Assembly: GCA_016840035.1 (NCBI GenBank)
Contig: JAEOTC010000111.1
Coordinates: 3,657-67,656, forward strand
DNA: 64,000 nucleotides
Direction: 5' to 3'
From: Candidatus Hodarchaeota archaeon
GTDB taxonomy: Archaea; Asgardarchaeota; Heimdallarchaeia; Hodarchaeales; Hodarchaeaceae
Positions 37,285 through 45,535 of the stretch are shown here, piece by piece. Under the pieces are notes generated by a model. It was not told the origin of the DNA, searched no databases, and saw only the letters and a list, made by a program, of their open reading frames with translations. The translations under genes were made by a program, and so were the position numbers. Each line of letters begins with the position of its first letter. The stretch's first letter is position 1.

Positions 37285-40200
37285 ACATAATGGAATTAAA
37301 AGACTACATATTAGAGACACAATTATATTTTTCCCATGGGATAGAAGTTGAAAATCATTTAGTGAACGAAAGCACAGGGGAAGTTCTAGTCGGAAATGAA
37401 CTGATTGAGACTTGGGAACAAATGTTTGCTGGTGCAGTGAAATACTTAGAAAAGTTGAAAAAAGCAAAACACACACCAAAAGCCATAGCTAAGAAGATCG
37501 TGAAAATTGAGGTAACGGAGGAATTAAAAAGAGAGAAAAGACTCAATTTTATCTTCGTTCACTATCGATTAGGAAAAAAGACAATTCGAGTCAATGTCTT
37601 TGGTCCTGATCCAAATATATCCCAGATCACTTGGTTATTAGAACTTGTTACCCCTCCATGTGAGTATTTGGAAGAAATTGCCTTCTGGATTGATTCTCTT
37701 TACGCTGCCGCTGCTCATGGCCTTTCAAAAGTAAAAAATAAATGTACTCTGTTACCTTTAGGATTAAATCCCATGGAAAAACGAGTACGAAGTGGTTTGA
37801 CTTGTGGCGAACATCATCACATAGGTATTCCCTCCTTTTTCCGTGCACCCGTTTATAACATGCTGAGAAACTATATTCCCCACCTAATTGCGTTAAGTTC
37901 AACTTCTCCGTTTCTCGACCAGAAACCAAGTAGTAAAATAATTTTCAAGGAGAAAGATGGGAAAAAACAAGTGATTAGCAGAGGAATTCATTCGTATCGA
38001 TTAGCAAACAATACTGGTCAAATGGGACCAAACATCCCTCAGTACTTGCCTATTATTGATGATATGACATCTCGAGAAGACTTTGCCAACTCGATACGCA
38101 AAGTTCCCCCTGAGGATCGGATGATAGATCTTTTTCCATATACGGACTATTCGACAATAGAGTTAAGATTTTTCGATGCCCAGCCTTATAAAGAAAACCG
38201 CTTAGCTATGGTTTTACTTATCCAAGCATTAGCTCAGAAAACAAAAAAGTTAATTAAAGATAAATTACCTGTTCCAACTGTATCTTCAAAGAGTTTATAT
38301 GAGAATCGCCGAAAATCAATTCAATTTGGTCTTTTAGCTCAATTTACAAGAGATGAAACCCTAACAGGCGAGTTTGCATGGTATTACAATTATGATATTG
38401 AGAATGGAGTAAAAGCCTCAAAACTATTACATTCCGTTCTAGCCATGCTTATATATATTGAAGATGAAATACTGGATCTTGGTGAGAAATATGTCGACCA
38501 GGTACTATTACCAGTCTTGGGTTCAAAGAAATTTGCCCCTCCATTCACGGTATGTGAATATCTTCTTTCTCTTTACACAGAAAAAAAAGAAAATGCAGCT
38601 GAACTACTCAAAGAATTATACTATGAGGAAAAGCTTTCATACACTCCCGAAGTAGCAGGTGATTTCTCATCATTCCTTGTTGAAAATCCTCCTGACTCTT
38701 TCACAGAGGTCGACACTCAGAAAGCGAACTTAAGTCAGCTTTTGAAGAAAGATATTTCCACAAGAGATGTATTTGCAAGCAAGCCCAAACCAAAACCCAA
38801 AAAACGAAAAAAACCGAAACCAGTAGTTCCCAAAGAAGAACCAGTCGAAGTAACGAAGAAAAAGAAACCAGAGGTAGTACGAGCCAAAAAAGAACCTAAG
38901 AAAAAGGTTCCTAGTAAAAAACCAAAGGTTGTAGAGCCTACTAAACCTAAAAAGCCTGTTAAAAAAGTTACACCTAAGAAGGAAGTAAAAAAGAAACCTA
39001 TAGATCCGAAACTTACTCCTATCAAAGAAGAACCGCAGGTTTTCTCCGCATTTGATGAAAATGAGGATCTTGAGATCTATTCTCCGATGATCGAAATTGA
39101 ACCTAAGTATCAGAAAATTAATTCTAAAATTGCGAATATAATGAGAACACGCCGTCAAGAAATTGAGACAAAGCGTGTAGTCTTCTTTCGTGAACATCTG
39201 AAGGAGGAAGAGTCGTCTTTCAAACCTTTCCCAAAAAAAAGAGCAGCGATTTTTCCCGCTCTATTTTCTGGCCCTGAATTATTTGGATATATTGAACTTA
39301 CATTTGGTGACATTAAGAAAGTTATGTATCAATTTCGTAATAATCCAATTACTCTGAAATTTTATGATAACCAAACAGACAAAGAAATCTCTTCCATTAG
39401 AACTTTTATTGATATTTCTAGAATTGAAAAACGTCAAATGGTAAGAATTCCATGTTCCGTTAACCTAGGAGAATTATATGGGAAGTTACAAATCAGAGTA
39501 GAAGCCGTCACTTCCACAAATCACAGATTACTACCTGAAAACTTTACATTTAAAACAGAACGCAAAGATGACATTAGTATTTCTCCTAAAGAATTCTATA
39601 TAACAAGTAACTTTGGTTCTGTAGAGTGCATTTACAAAGCGACCAATGATTCCAAGAAAGAAGAACGAGGGGAATTAACACTCATATTAGCAACACAAGC
39701 AGCAGCAACACCAATAGTCCTTTATGAGGAGAAATTTTCTCTTCAGCCTCGTGCTTCATATGAGTTGGCCAGGAGTATTGATTTATCCATTGATTACCAG
39801 CATAGTTCTTTTTATATCATTGCCCGTGTAACTACAGGGATGCTTAAGAAAAATCGATCATTTAAGAGTATACGCGTACCAGTATTACGTGAAATTGTGG
39901 TTGATTGGTCTTATGAAACAAAGGCTGGTTCTAAAAATGACCTTTGGCAAGGGGTGGAATCCAAAACACACTACTCTGTCGATTTTGTTTTTCATTTTCT
40001 TCGATCTTTACCTCCTGTAACCATAACTATTTATATAAACACGTTTCCTCAAGGAGAAACAAAGAAATTAACGAGCTTACGGTTGAAGCGGTACATAGAT
40101 AAAGGGGATGAGTTTCGTGCACCAACAGTCAAATTCAAAACCCCTAAAAAATGCGGTTACTTAATATTCGATGCACAAATTCGGACAGAAAAAGGTATTC

Positions 40201-40289
40201 TACCAATGCATTTAATCTCCGAACCAATTGGGGTATATGCATTGACTACTAAAGCCACATTCGAAGAAAGACGAAATTTAGATCTGTAA
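37281..40289 (+). CDS. GCS2/YbdK-type carboxylate-amine ligase fused to Lys/Pro-rich linker and about 430-aa beta-rich C-terminal region
   Basis: Motif-by-motif match to my recollection of E. coli YbdK: HGIEVENHLVN (LGIELEMQVVN), LLELVTPPCEY (MLELATDVC), CGEHHHIGIP (GQHVHVG), LRNYIPHLIALSSTSPF (FVPHFIALSAASPY), STIELRFFDAQP (GTVEVRVMDTP). The GTG at 37281 overlaps the upstream stop by 4 nt; the ATG at 37290 is an alternative. Confidence 0.8.
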   Translation: MNIMELKDYILETQLYFSHGIEVENHLVNESTGEVLVGNELIETWEQMFAGAVKYLEKLKKAKHTPKAIAKKIVKIEVTEELKREKRLNFIFVHYRLGKKTIRVNVFGPDPNISQITWLLELVTPPCEYLEEIAFWIDSLYAAAAHGLSKVKNKCTLLPLGLNPMEKRVRSGLTCGEHHHIGIPSFFRAPVYNMLRNYIPHLIALSSTSPFLDQKPSSKIIFKEKDGKKQVISRGIHSYRLANNTGQMGPNIPQYLPIIDDMTSREDFANSIRKVPPEDRMIDLFPYTDYSTIELRFFDAQPYKENRLAMVLLIQALAQKTKKLIKDKLPVPTVSSKSLYENRRKSIQFGLLAQFTRDETLTGEFAWYYNYDIENGVKASKLLHSVLAMLIYIEDEILDLGEKYVDQVLLPVLGSKKFAPPFTVCEYLLSLYTEKKENAAELLKELYYEEKLSYTPEVAGDFSSFLVENPPDSFTEVDTQKANLSQLLKKDISTRDVFASKPKPKPKKRKKPKPVVPKEEPVEVTKKKKPEVVRAKKEPKKKVPSKKPKVVEPTKPKKPVKKVTPKKEVKKKPIDPKLTPIKEEPQVFSAFDENEDLEIYSPMIEIEPKYQKINSKIANIMRTRRQEIETKRVVFFREHLKEEESSFKPFPKKRAAIFPALFSGPELFGYIELTFGDIKKVMYQFRNNPITLKFYDNQTDKEISSIRTFIDISRIEKRQMVRIPCSVNLGELYGKLQIRVEAVTSTNHRLLPENFTFKTERKDDISISPKEFYITSNFGSVECIYKATNDSKKEERGELTLILATQAAATPIVLYEEKFSLQPRASYELARSIDLSIDYQHSSFYIIARVTTGMLKKNRSFKSIRVPVLREIVVDWSYETKAGSKNDLWQGVESKTHYSVDFVFHFLRSLPPVTITIYINTFPQGETKKLTSLRLKRYIDKGDEFRAPTVKFKTPKKCGYLIFDAQIRTEKGILPMHLISEPIGVYALTTKATFEERRNLDL
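38781..39015 (+). repeat. low-complexity Lys/Pro-coding tract (aaa/aag/cca/cct rich) inside the ligase fusion gene
   Basis: Encodes KPKPKPKKRKKPKPVVPKEEPVEVTKKKKPEVVRAKKEPKKKVPSKKPKVVEPTKPKKPVKKVTPKKEVKKKPIDPK. It also generates long Phe-rich antisense pseudo-ORFs. Confidence 0.7.
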
Positions 40290-40394
40290 TGAAATACCTA
40301 TGAATTTGGATTGACCTTAAAGGATGTAATTTTTAAAGGACACATCAACCTAGACTGAAACAACTCAAGATAACTATAGCAAGGAGACTTTCTC

Positions 40395-41684
40395 ATGACC
40401 AAAATTCCATTGAATGTTGTAAATGTTGGCAATATTGAGGGAAGAGCTTATCTTCATCCTCAAGACATAGAAAAATTGGAAATTAATGAATTCGATTATG
40501 TAAAAATGGTAACTGAATGGGAGGATTGGGGAGCAGTTCAGATTCTTTTATCAGATGAGGTAGAGCAGGGTACAATTGCAGTAGATGGTAGCGTACTTTC
40601 ATCAGCGAATATATCGGATGGTGATGCGGTTGAAGTCGACGTAGTTACTGCTACAGCAGGTATCAAATCGATTAAGCTGGGAATCGAACCTCTTGCTGGT
40701 CAAGAAGTGGAAGAAGCGATTTTATGGATTGCTACTGAATTTGAACAACTTTCTACCCTTTTAAAAAATCGTCCAGTGTTCAATAATCTACAAATCGGAT
40801 GGGAAGATTGTCCAATAGGTAATTTAACAGTCAGATTTCTCGGTGCAGACCCTCCGATACCTGAGGAGAATATTGGAATTGTGGATCCCACTGGAAGAGA
40901 AGTGGAGATTAATATAATTCCATTTACTGAAATGAGTTTTAACGCCGTATTGGTTCTTGATGTCTCAGGAAGCATGTCCAAGAAAGATATGAAAGTACAG
41001 AACATTAGTGGTGCATTAGAAGGTTTAAAAAAGGGATTAGATGAGTCAAATGAACTGAATCAGTTTATAGAAAAATTCCAAGATGGAAAGAAAGTTTCTA
41101 GAGTTGATGCAGCTGCGATGGCAATAATGTTATTCATGTCATTGAAGATTGCTAAAGGATGGGGAGAACAAATCCAATTGTTAACTTTTTCCGGTGAAGT
41201 GGAAAAATTTGCTCTCGGAGAGGCAAACGTAATCTCATGTGTTGGAGAAACGAAGAAAGCAGGAATCGAAAGCATCATAGACCATGTTGTTCAGAAAACT
41301 GCTGAAAGTACTGGTTTAACATTCCTAAGTGGTGCTATAGATCAAGCATATAAGAGCATCGCTAGTTTTGATGATAATCCCACTATCCAGAAGAAGAATC
41401 CAACCATGATTATTGTTCTTACTGATGGTAATCCAAATAAAGGAAATGGGCTAGGAGTCAATCCCATTCCAGTTGTCAAACAGCATGTTGAACAATTACC
41501 TGAAGTCGTGCTGTATGCAATTGGATTAGGAGAAGCTGATCGGTTAATGCTTCGCAAAATCGGTGAAATGGGTCGTGGGGGAAGCCTGATGGCGGACGAC
41601 TTGGAAACACTGATCGATTTCTATGATTCACTTGCTCAGAATTTCCAGATGGTCGTAAAAATGAAGAAGGAGCCCGAAGACTAA
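40395..41684 (+). CDS. CDC48-N-like (double-psi barrel-like) domain fused to a von Willebrand factor A domain
   Basis: N-terminus RAYLHPQDIEKLEINEFDYVKMV...GTIAVDGSVLSSANISDGDAVEV resembles CDC48/VAT N domains. vWA MIDAS AVLVLDVSGSMS (DxSxS), plus LLTFSG and IIVLTDGNPN. AAGGAG lies upstream. Confidence 0.7.
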   Translation: MTKIPLNVVNVGNIEGRAYLHPQDIEKLEINEFDYVKMVTEWEDWGAVQILLSDEVEQGTIAVDGSVLSSANISDGDAVEVDVVTATAGIKSIKLGIEPLAGQEVEEAILWIATEFEQLSTLLKNRPVFNNLQIGWEDCPIGNLTVRFLGADPPIPEENIGIVDPTGREVEINIIPFTEMSFNAVLVLDVSGSMSKKDMKVQNISGALEGLKKGLDESNELNQFIEKFQDGKKVSRVDAAAMAIMLFMSLKIAKGWGEQIQLLTFSGEVEKFALGEANVISCVGETKKAGIESIIDHVVQKTAESTGLTFLSGAIDQAYKSIASFDDNPTIQKKNPTMIIVLTDGNPNKGNGLGVNPIPVVKQHVEQLPEVVLYAIGLGEADRLMLRKIGEMGRGGSLMADDLETLIDFYDSLAQNFQMVVKMKKEPED

Positions 41685-41886
41685 TTTTATCTTAATCCTC
41701 CCCTTTATTTTTCATTTTAATTTTCTCCCCTACGACGAAAGTTCAATTTAAACCTTTATTCATCGCAAACACTCATGATTAAGGCAAAAATCGGGACTAA
41801 AAATCTCTAAACCGTCTTTAATCTAATTAAATTCCGTAGGAAAAGGACTAGATTTTTATACTTCAATCAAGATTGCAATGTCCCCC

Positions 41887-41912
41887 CTTTGCGAAAGGGT
41901 TAATTTCCATAT
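41887..41912 (+). promoter_or_regulatory. BRE/TATA-like promoter candidate upstream of AMP phosphorylase
   Basis: ttgcgaaagggttaatttccatataa lies 19-44 nt upstream of the ATG at 41931 and is preceded by a C-tract. A related element, cgaaagttcaatttaaa, begins at 41736. Confidence 0.3.
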
Positions 41913-41930
41913 AAAATTTTAGGTGAAGAT

Positions 41931-43454
41931 ATGCCAGAATACAAGGTCGTAACCTCTGATTTAGATCCAAAAGACGCTGTAATTGTGTCTACCGAAAATA
42001 ATCAGCATATAGTAACACAAGCAAAATTCTCGTTATCATTTAAAGGAACTGAAGAAAAGGTTGGACAGGTTTTCAAATTAAAATGCTTTTTAGAAGAAGA
42101 TGAAATAGGACTCTCGCAGGTCATGATGAATCGACTTGGAGTAGCAGAAGGGGATCTAGTCCGTTTGCAATCTATTGGAAGAACAATCTCCAGAAGCTTT
42201 TCTCTAATTAAGCAAAGAATAGCTCAACCAGGAAGAATGTTTACTAAAAACGAAATAGATCAGATTATTAGTGACATCACTCTGGATAATATGACTCCAC
42301 TTGAAGAATCCGTTTTTCTCACTTCCCAAATGCTCCAAGAGTGGAGTATCGGCGAGGTTGAACATCTAACCAATGCCATAGCTTATTCGGGACAAGTAAT
42401 AAATTGGGGGGAAACTGTGATCTTTGACAAGCATTCTTTAGGTGGTGTTCCCGGTAACAAAGTTACACTTCTTGTTGTTCCCATCATTGCAGCTGCTGGT
42501 TTAACTATTCCCAAAACCTCATCTCGTGCCATTACAAGCCCTTCAGGTACAGCTGATACTATGGAAGCACTTGGGTGTACGATTGAATTCACAATTGATG
42601 AAATGGTGGACATGGCACATAAGGTTGGAGGCCTTATTGCATGGACTGGAGGGTTAAATCTTGTTCCCGCAGATGAAAAGATAATCCGTGATGTTCAGTA
42701 TCCATTAGGGATCGATCCAGAACCAATGATGATGGCTTCTGTGATTTCTAAGAAAGTCGCCATGGGAGTGAAATTTTTAGTACTTGATATACCAACAGGT
42801 TATGGTACGAAAGTAGCATCTCTTGATGATGGAAAGCGAATTGCCCATAAATTTGCTGAATTAGGGCGATTACTTGGTATTAGAATTGAAAGTGGCATTA
42901 CTTACGGTAGCTCACCTGTTGGTAACGCTATTGGCCCTGCATTAGAAGCACAAGAGGCTCTTACTAGTCTTAAAAATCCTTTAGAGGCCCCTCATTCTCT
43001 AGTAGGCAAGAGTACATCTCTCGCAGGGATCCTCTTAGAGATGGCTGGAAAAGCAATTACAGGTACCGGGCAAGAGATGGCGTATGAGATACTAAATTCT
43101 GGGAAGGCATATCAGAAATTTCAGGAGATTATAGAAGCTCAAGATGCCGATCCAAATCTTAAACCAGAAGATATCGAGATTGGAAAAGCGAGTTATGACT
43201 ATCTAGCCCCGCAAAGTGGGTATGTAGTTGAAATCAACAATAAAGTGATTGTTCGAGCTGCTCGTGCAGCTGGTGCTCCAATGGATAAACGTGCAGGAGT
43301 TTTTTTCCATAAGAAGAAAGATTCTGTGAAACGAGGAGAACCTCTATTTACGCTGTACTCAGCAAATGAGAAAAAACTTACCGCTGCTCAAGCAGAGTTA
43401 ACTAAAGGAGATTTACCAGTAACAATTGAGGGTATGCTATTAGCACGAGAATAA
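41931..43454 (+). CDS. deoA: AMP phosphorylase (archaeal thymidine-phosphorylase-family enzyme)
   Basis: About 500-aa archaeal form with an N-terminal extension. DKHSLGGVPGNKVTL, KTSSRAITSPSGTADTMEALG, PLGIDPEPMMMASVISKK. Confidence 0.85.
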   Translation: MPEYKVVTSDLDPKDAVIVSTENNQHIVTQAKFSLSFKGTEEKVGQVFKLKCFLEEDEIGLSQVMMNRLGVAEGDLVRLQSIGRTISRSFSLIKQRIAQPGRMFTKNEIDQIISDITLDNMTPLEESVFLTSQMLQEWSIGEVEHLTNAIAYSGQVINWGETVIFDKHSLGGVPGNKVTLLVVPIIAAAGLTIPKTSSRAITSPSGTADTMEALGCTIEFTIDEMVDMAHKVGGLIAWTGGLNLVPADEKIIRDVQYPLGIDPEPMMMASVISKKVAMGVKFLVLDIPTGYGTKVASLDDGKRIAHKFAELGRLLGIRIESGITYGSSPVGNAIGPALEAQEALTSLKNPLEAPHSLVGKSTSLAGILLEMAGKAITGTGQEMAYEILNSGKAYQKFQEIIEAQDADPNLKPEDIEIGKASYDYLAPQSGYVVEINNKVIVRAARAAGAPMDKRAGVFFHKKKDSVKRGEPLFTLYSANEKKLTAAQAELTKGDLPVTIEGMLLARE

Positions 43455-43458
43455 ACTA

Positions 43459-43857
43459 TTGATTGGAATGAAACCATCCACAAAAGTACCCCTGGATATA
43501 TTATCTCAATTTGTTGCTCATTGTAATTCTATACCCGAGAAAACTGTTATTATTGTTGAAGGCAAACGAGATATTGAAGCATTAGAGTTAATTGGTATCA
43601 AGTTAACCAATGGTACTATTCTCGCGAAAAAAGGTCAATCTGTTTCCAATCTTGTAAATTTAATTCAACGTACTCCTGTAATCATCCTTCTCCCAGATTT
43701 TGATAAGGAGGGAAAGCATCTACGGGGCAAAATTCTCAAAGAACTTCAGAAGTATAAAGGACATGGACTTATTGACCCCATTCCGAGGCAGCTCTTGTTT
43801 AAATTTTGTCGAGCCACCCGAATTAATGAAATTGAGGAGCTTAAACAGTTTTCATAA
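43459..43857 (+). CDS. small Toprim-domain protein (UPF0292-like)
   Basis: VIIVEGKRDIEAL (Toprim Glu) and ILLPDFDKEGKHLR (DxD). 132 aa. TTG at 43459 or ATG at 43468. Confidence 0.7.
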   Translation: MIGMKPSTKVPLDILSQFVAHCNSIPEKTVIIVEGKRDIEALELIGIKLTNGTILAKKGQSVSNLVNLIQRTPVIILLPDFDKEGKHLRGKILKELQKYKGHGLIDPIPRQLLFKFCRATRINEIEELKQFS

Positions 43858-44078
43858 CTGTCTTTCAGAACCAAAGATAGTTTTATTAACTGAAATCCAT
43901 CTCCTTAAACGTGAAAACCATTCGATAAGCTTTCAACTGGGATTTTTTCTCCAATAGGAAACAAGTCACATGAAATATGAAACATGGTTTAATAAATTCA
44001 CGTAAGATCTCCAGGTACTTCTTCAAGAGGAATATCACTTACAATGTTACAATATAAACCATTTCAGGAGAGATACAA

Positions 44079-44909
44079 GTGATAAGAGATGAAAGACTCT
44101 TTTATCCCAAACGTACCACGATTGCCAGCTTTCCTGGAGGTAAAAGTGATCGGAAAAAACATTTACCTCTATATAATTCACTTCCAAAAAAAATTCCGTA
44201 TCTCATTGAACCTTTCGCTGGCCTTGCTAATGTTTTCATTACAATTTCTCCTCGAGTTTCACACGTCTGGTTAAACGACAAAGATCCCGAAATTTTTTCC
44301 CTTCTATCATGTTTAAATGACCCCTCATTATTACCCGAACTTATAGAAACCATAAAATCATTAGAACCAGTTGAGAGATCTGATTATTATCATTGGAAAC
44401 ACCTTGCTCCAACTAATATTATGGATCGTACTATTAGACGATTGATTATTCTAAACTGCTCCCCTAATGGAGCTGGAGGAGGGTACAGCAGTGAGAAAGC
44501 ACATCGAAAGTGGTATCAAAACAAACCACCAATTTGGCAAACTCTTCACCAGTTATTCCAAGAAAAAAAGGTGAGAATAACTAATTGGGATTATGAAGAA
44601 GTTCTTGGATCACTCTCGCAGGATACCGAGATCAAAGAATGTTTTGTTTATTTAGATCCCCCTTATTATGATGTAGCTGAAAAAGGGGCATTATACGGCA
44701 AAAAATATAATCAAATTGATATAGAGAGATTGAAAACCTTCTTAAGTGCTTTACCAATGCAATGGTTATTATCAAATCGAGATTCTCCCATTGTTCGCGA
44801 TATCTTTAAGGAATATTACCTATTGCGATATAATACATACAATGATATGAATAATACCCGGAACAATAACCCAGAGCTTCTTATTAGCAATTATTCGCTA
44901 ATTTCATGA
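44079..44909 (+). CDS. Dam-family (D12 class) N6-adenine DNA methyltransferase
   Basis: FPGGKSDRKKHL (GGK), EPFAGLANVF (motif I), LNDKDPEIFSLL, FVYLDPPYYDV (DPPY catalytic motif). GTG start. Confidence 0.85.
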   Translation: MIRDERLFYPKRTTIASFPGGKSDRKKHLPLYNSLPKKIPYLIEPFAGLANVFITISPRVSHVWLNDKDPEIFSLLSCLNDPSLLPELIETIKSLEPVERSDYYHWKHLAPTNIMDRTIRRLIILNCSPNGAGGGYSSEKAHRKWYQNKPPIWQTLHQLFQEKKVRITNWDYEEVLGSLSQDTEIKECFVYLDPPYYDVAEKGALYGKKYNQIDIERLKTFLSALPMQWLLSNRDSPIVRDIFKEYYLLRYNTYNDMNNTRNNNPELLISNYSLIS

Positions 44910-44964
44910 CCCTAAAATCGTTTTTCCACAGTTTGGACAAGTCTGATGGTCGAGGGTTAAAAGA

Positions 44965-45384
44965 TTAGGAAATTCTGTATCCACAAAAGGGACATGTTTG
45001 AGTCCCAAAATCTAATGATGACCCACAACCTTCACATGCATATGGTTCAGGTTCTATAAAATGCTCCTCTGGCACATCCATCAATCCACACTTCGAACAT
45101 CTTCTCAATCCCTGTTCAAAACTGGCTCCACACTGAGGACAAAATTCATTTTCCATTTCTGGTAACTTGTATACCTTTCCACCTTCTCTAATATTATGTA
45201 AACCTTTTTTATCTACAAAAATCTGAGTATGACCGCACGTAAGGCATGTCAAAGATTGCAGACTAGCTGTTCTCCCATTTGGGAGACTAATGACAGGCAC
45301 AGTCCTACCAAATGGGAGTGTGACATAATGTGGGCCGCTTATCTTTGTACCTCCACATATTGGACATTCTTGTGTGAATCTCAT
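44965..45384 (-). CDS. triple zinc-ribbon protein
   Basis: Three CxxC...CxxC pairs: CPIC...CLTC, CPQC...CSKC, CEGC...CPFC. Confidence 0.6.
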   Translation of the reverse strand: MRFTQECPICGGTKISGPHYVTLPFGRTVPVISLPNGRTASLQSLTCLTCGHTQIFVDKKGLHNIREGGKVYKLPEMENEFCPQCGASFEQGLRRCSKCGLMDVPEEHFIEPEPYACEGCGSSLDFGTQTCPFCGYRIS

Positions 45385-45470
45385 TTTTTCTCACAGATAT
45401 AGTGTTAAGGAGATTTAATAAAACTTCCTTTCTTGGAACTCTCCTCCTACTCATAAATTACACCTCGAGA

Positions 45471-45490
45471 GCGAAAGTTCAAAATGACCT
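45471..45490 (+). promoter_or_regulatory. BRE/TATA-like promoter candidate upstream of tdh
   Basis: gcgaaagttcaaaatgacct lies about 46-65 nt upstream of the ATG at 45536. The same cgaaagttcaa 11-mer occurs at 41736-41746. Confidence 0.25.
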
Positions 45491-45535
45491 CCAAGCAAAC
45501 ATATACCAAGTGAAATTTTGGAGTTTTATCAGATC

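Noticed and set aside
38730-39197. 155-aa and 96-aa minus-strand ORFs (Phe/Leu/Gly-rich)
   Set aside because: They are the antisense reading of the Lys/Pro-coding low-complexity tract of the ligase fusion gene. AAA/AAG/CCA read in reverse gives TTT/CTT/TGG. There is no independent coding signal.
43700-43957. 85-aa plus-strand ORF overlapping the 3' end of the Toprim gene
   Set aside because: It is out of frame with a well-supported CDS for most of its length and has no motif or ribosome-binding site.
44079-44909. Dam methylase as part of a classical type II restriction-modification system
   Set aside because: No endonuclease-like ORF is adjacent on either side. The neighbours are a Toprim mini-protein and a zinc-ribbon protein. 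It is kept only as an orphan methylase with an open question.
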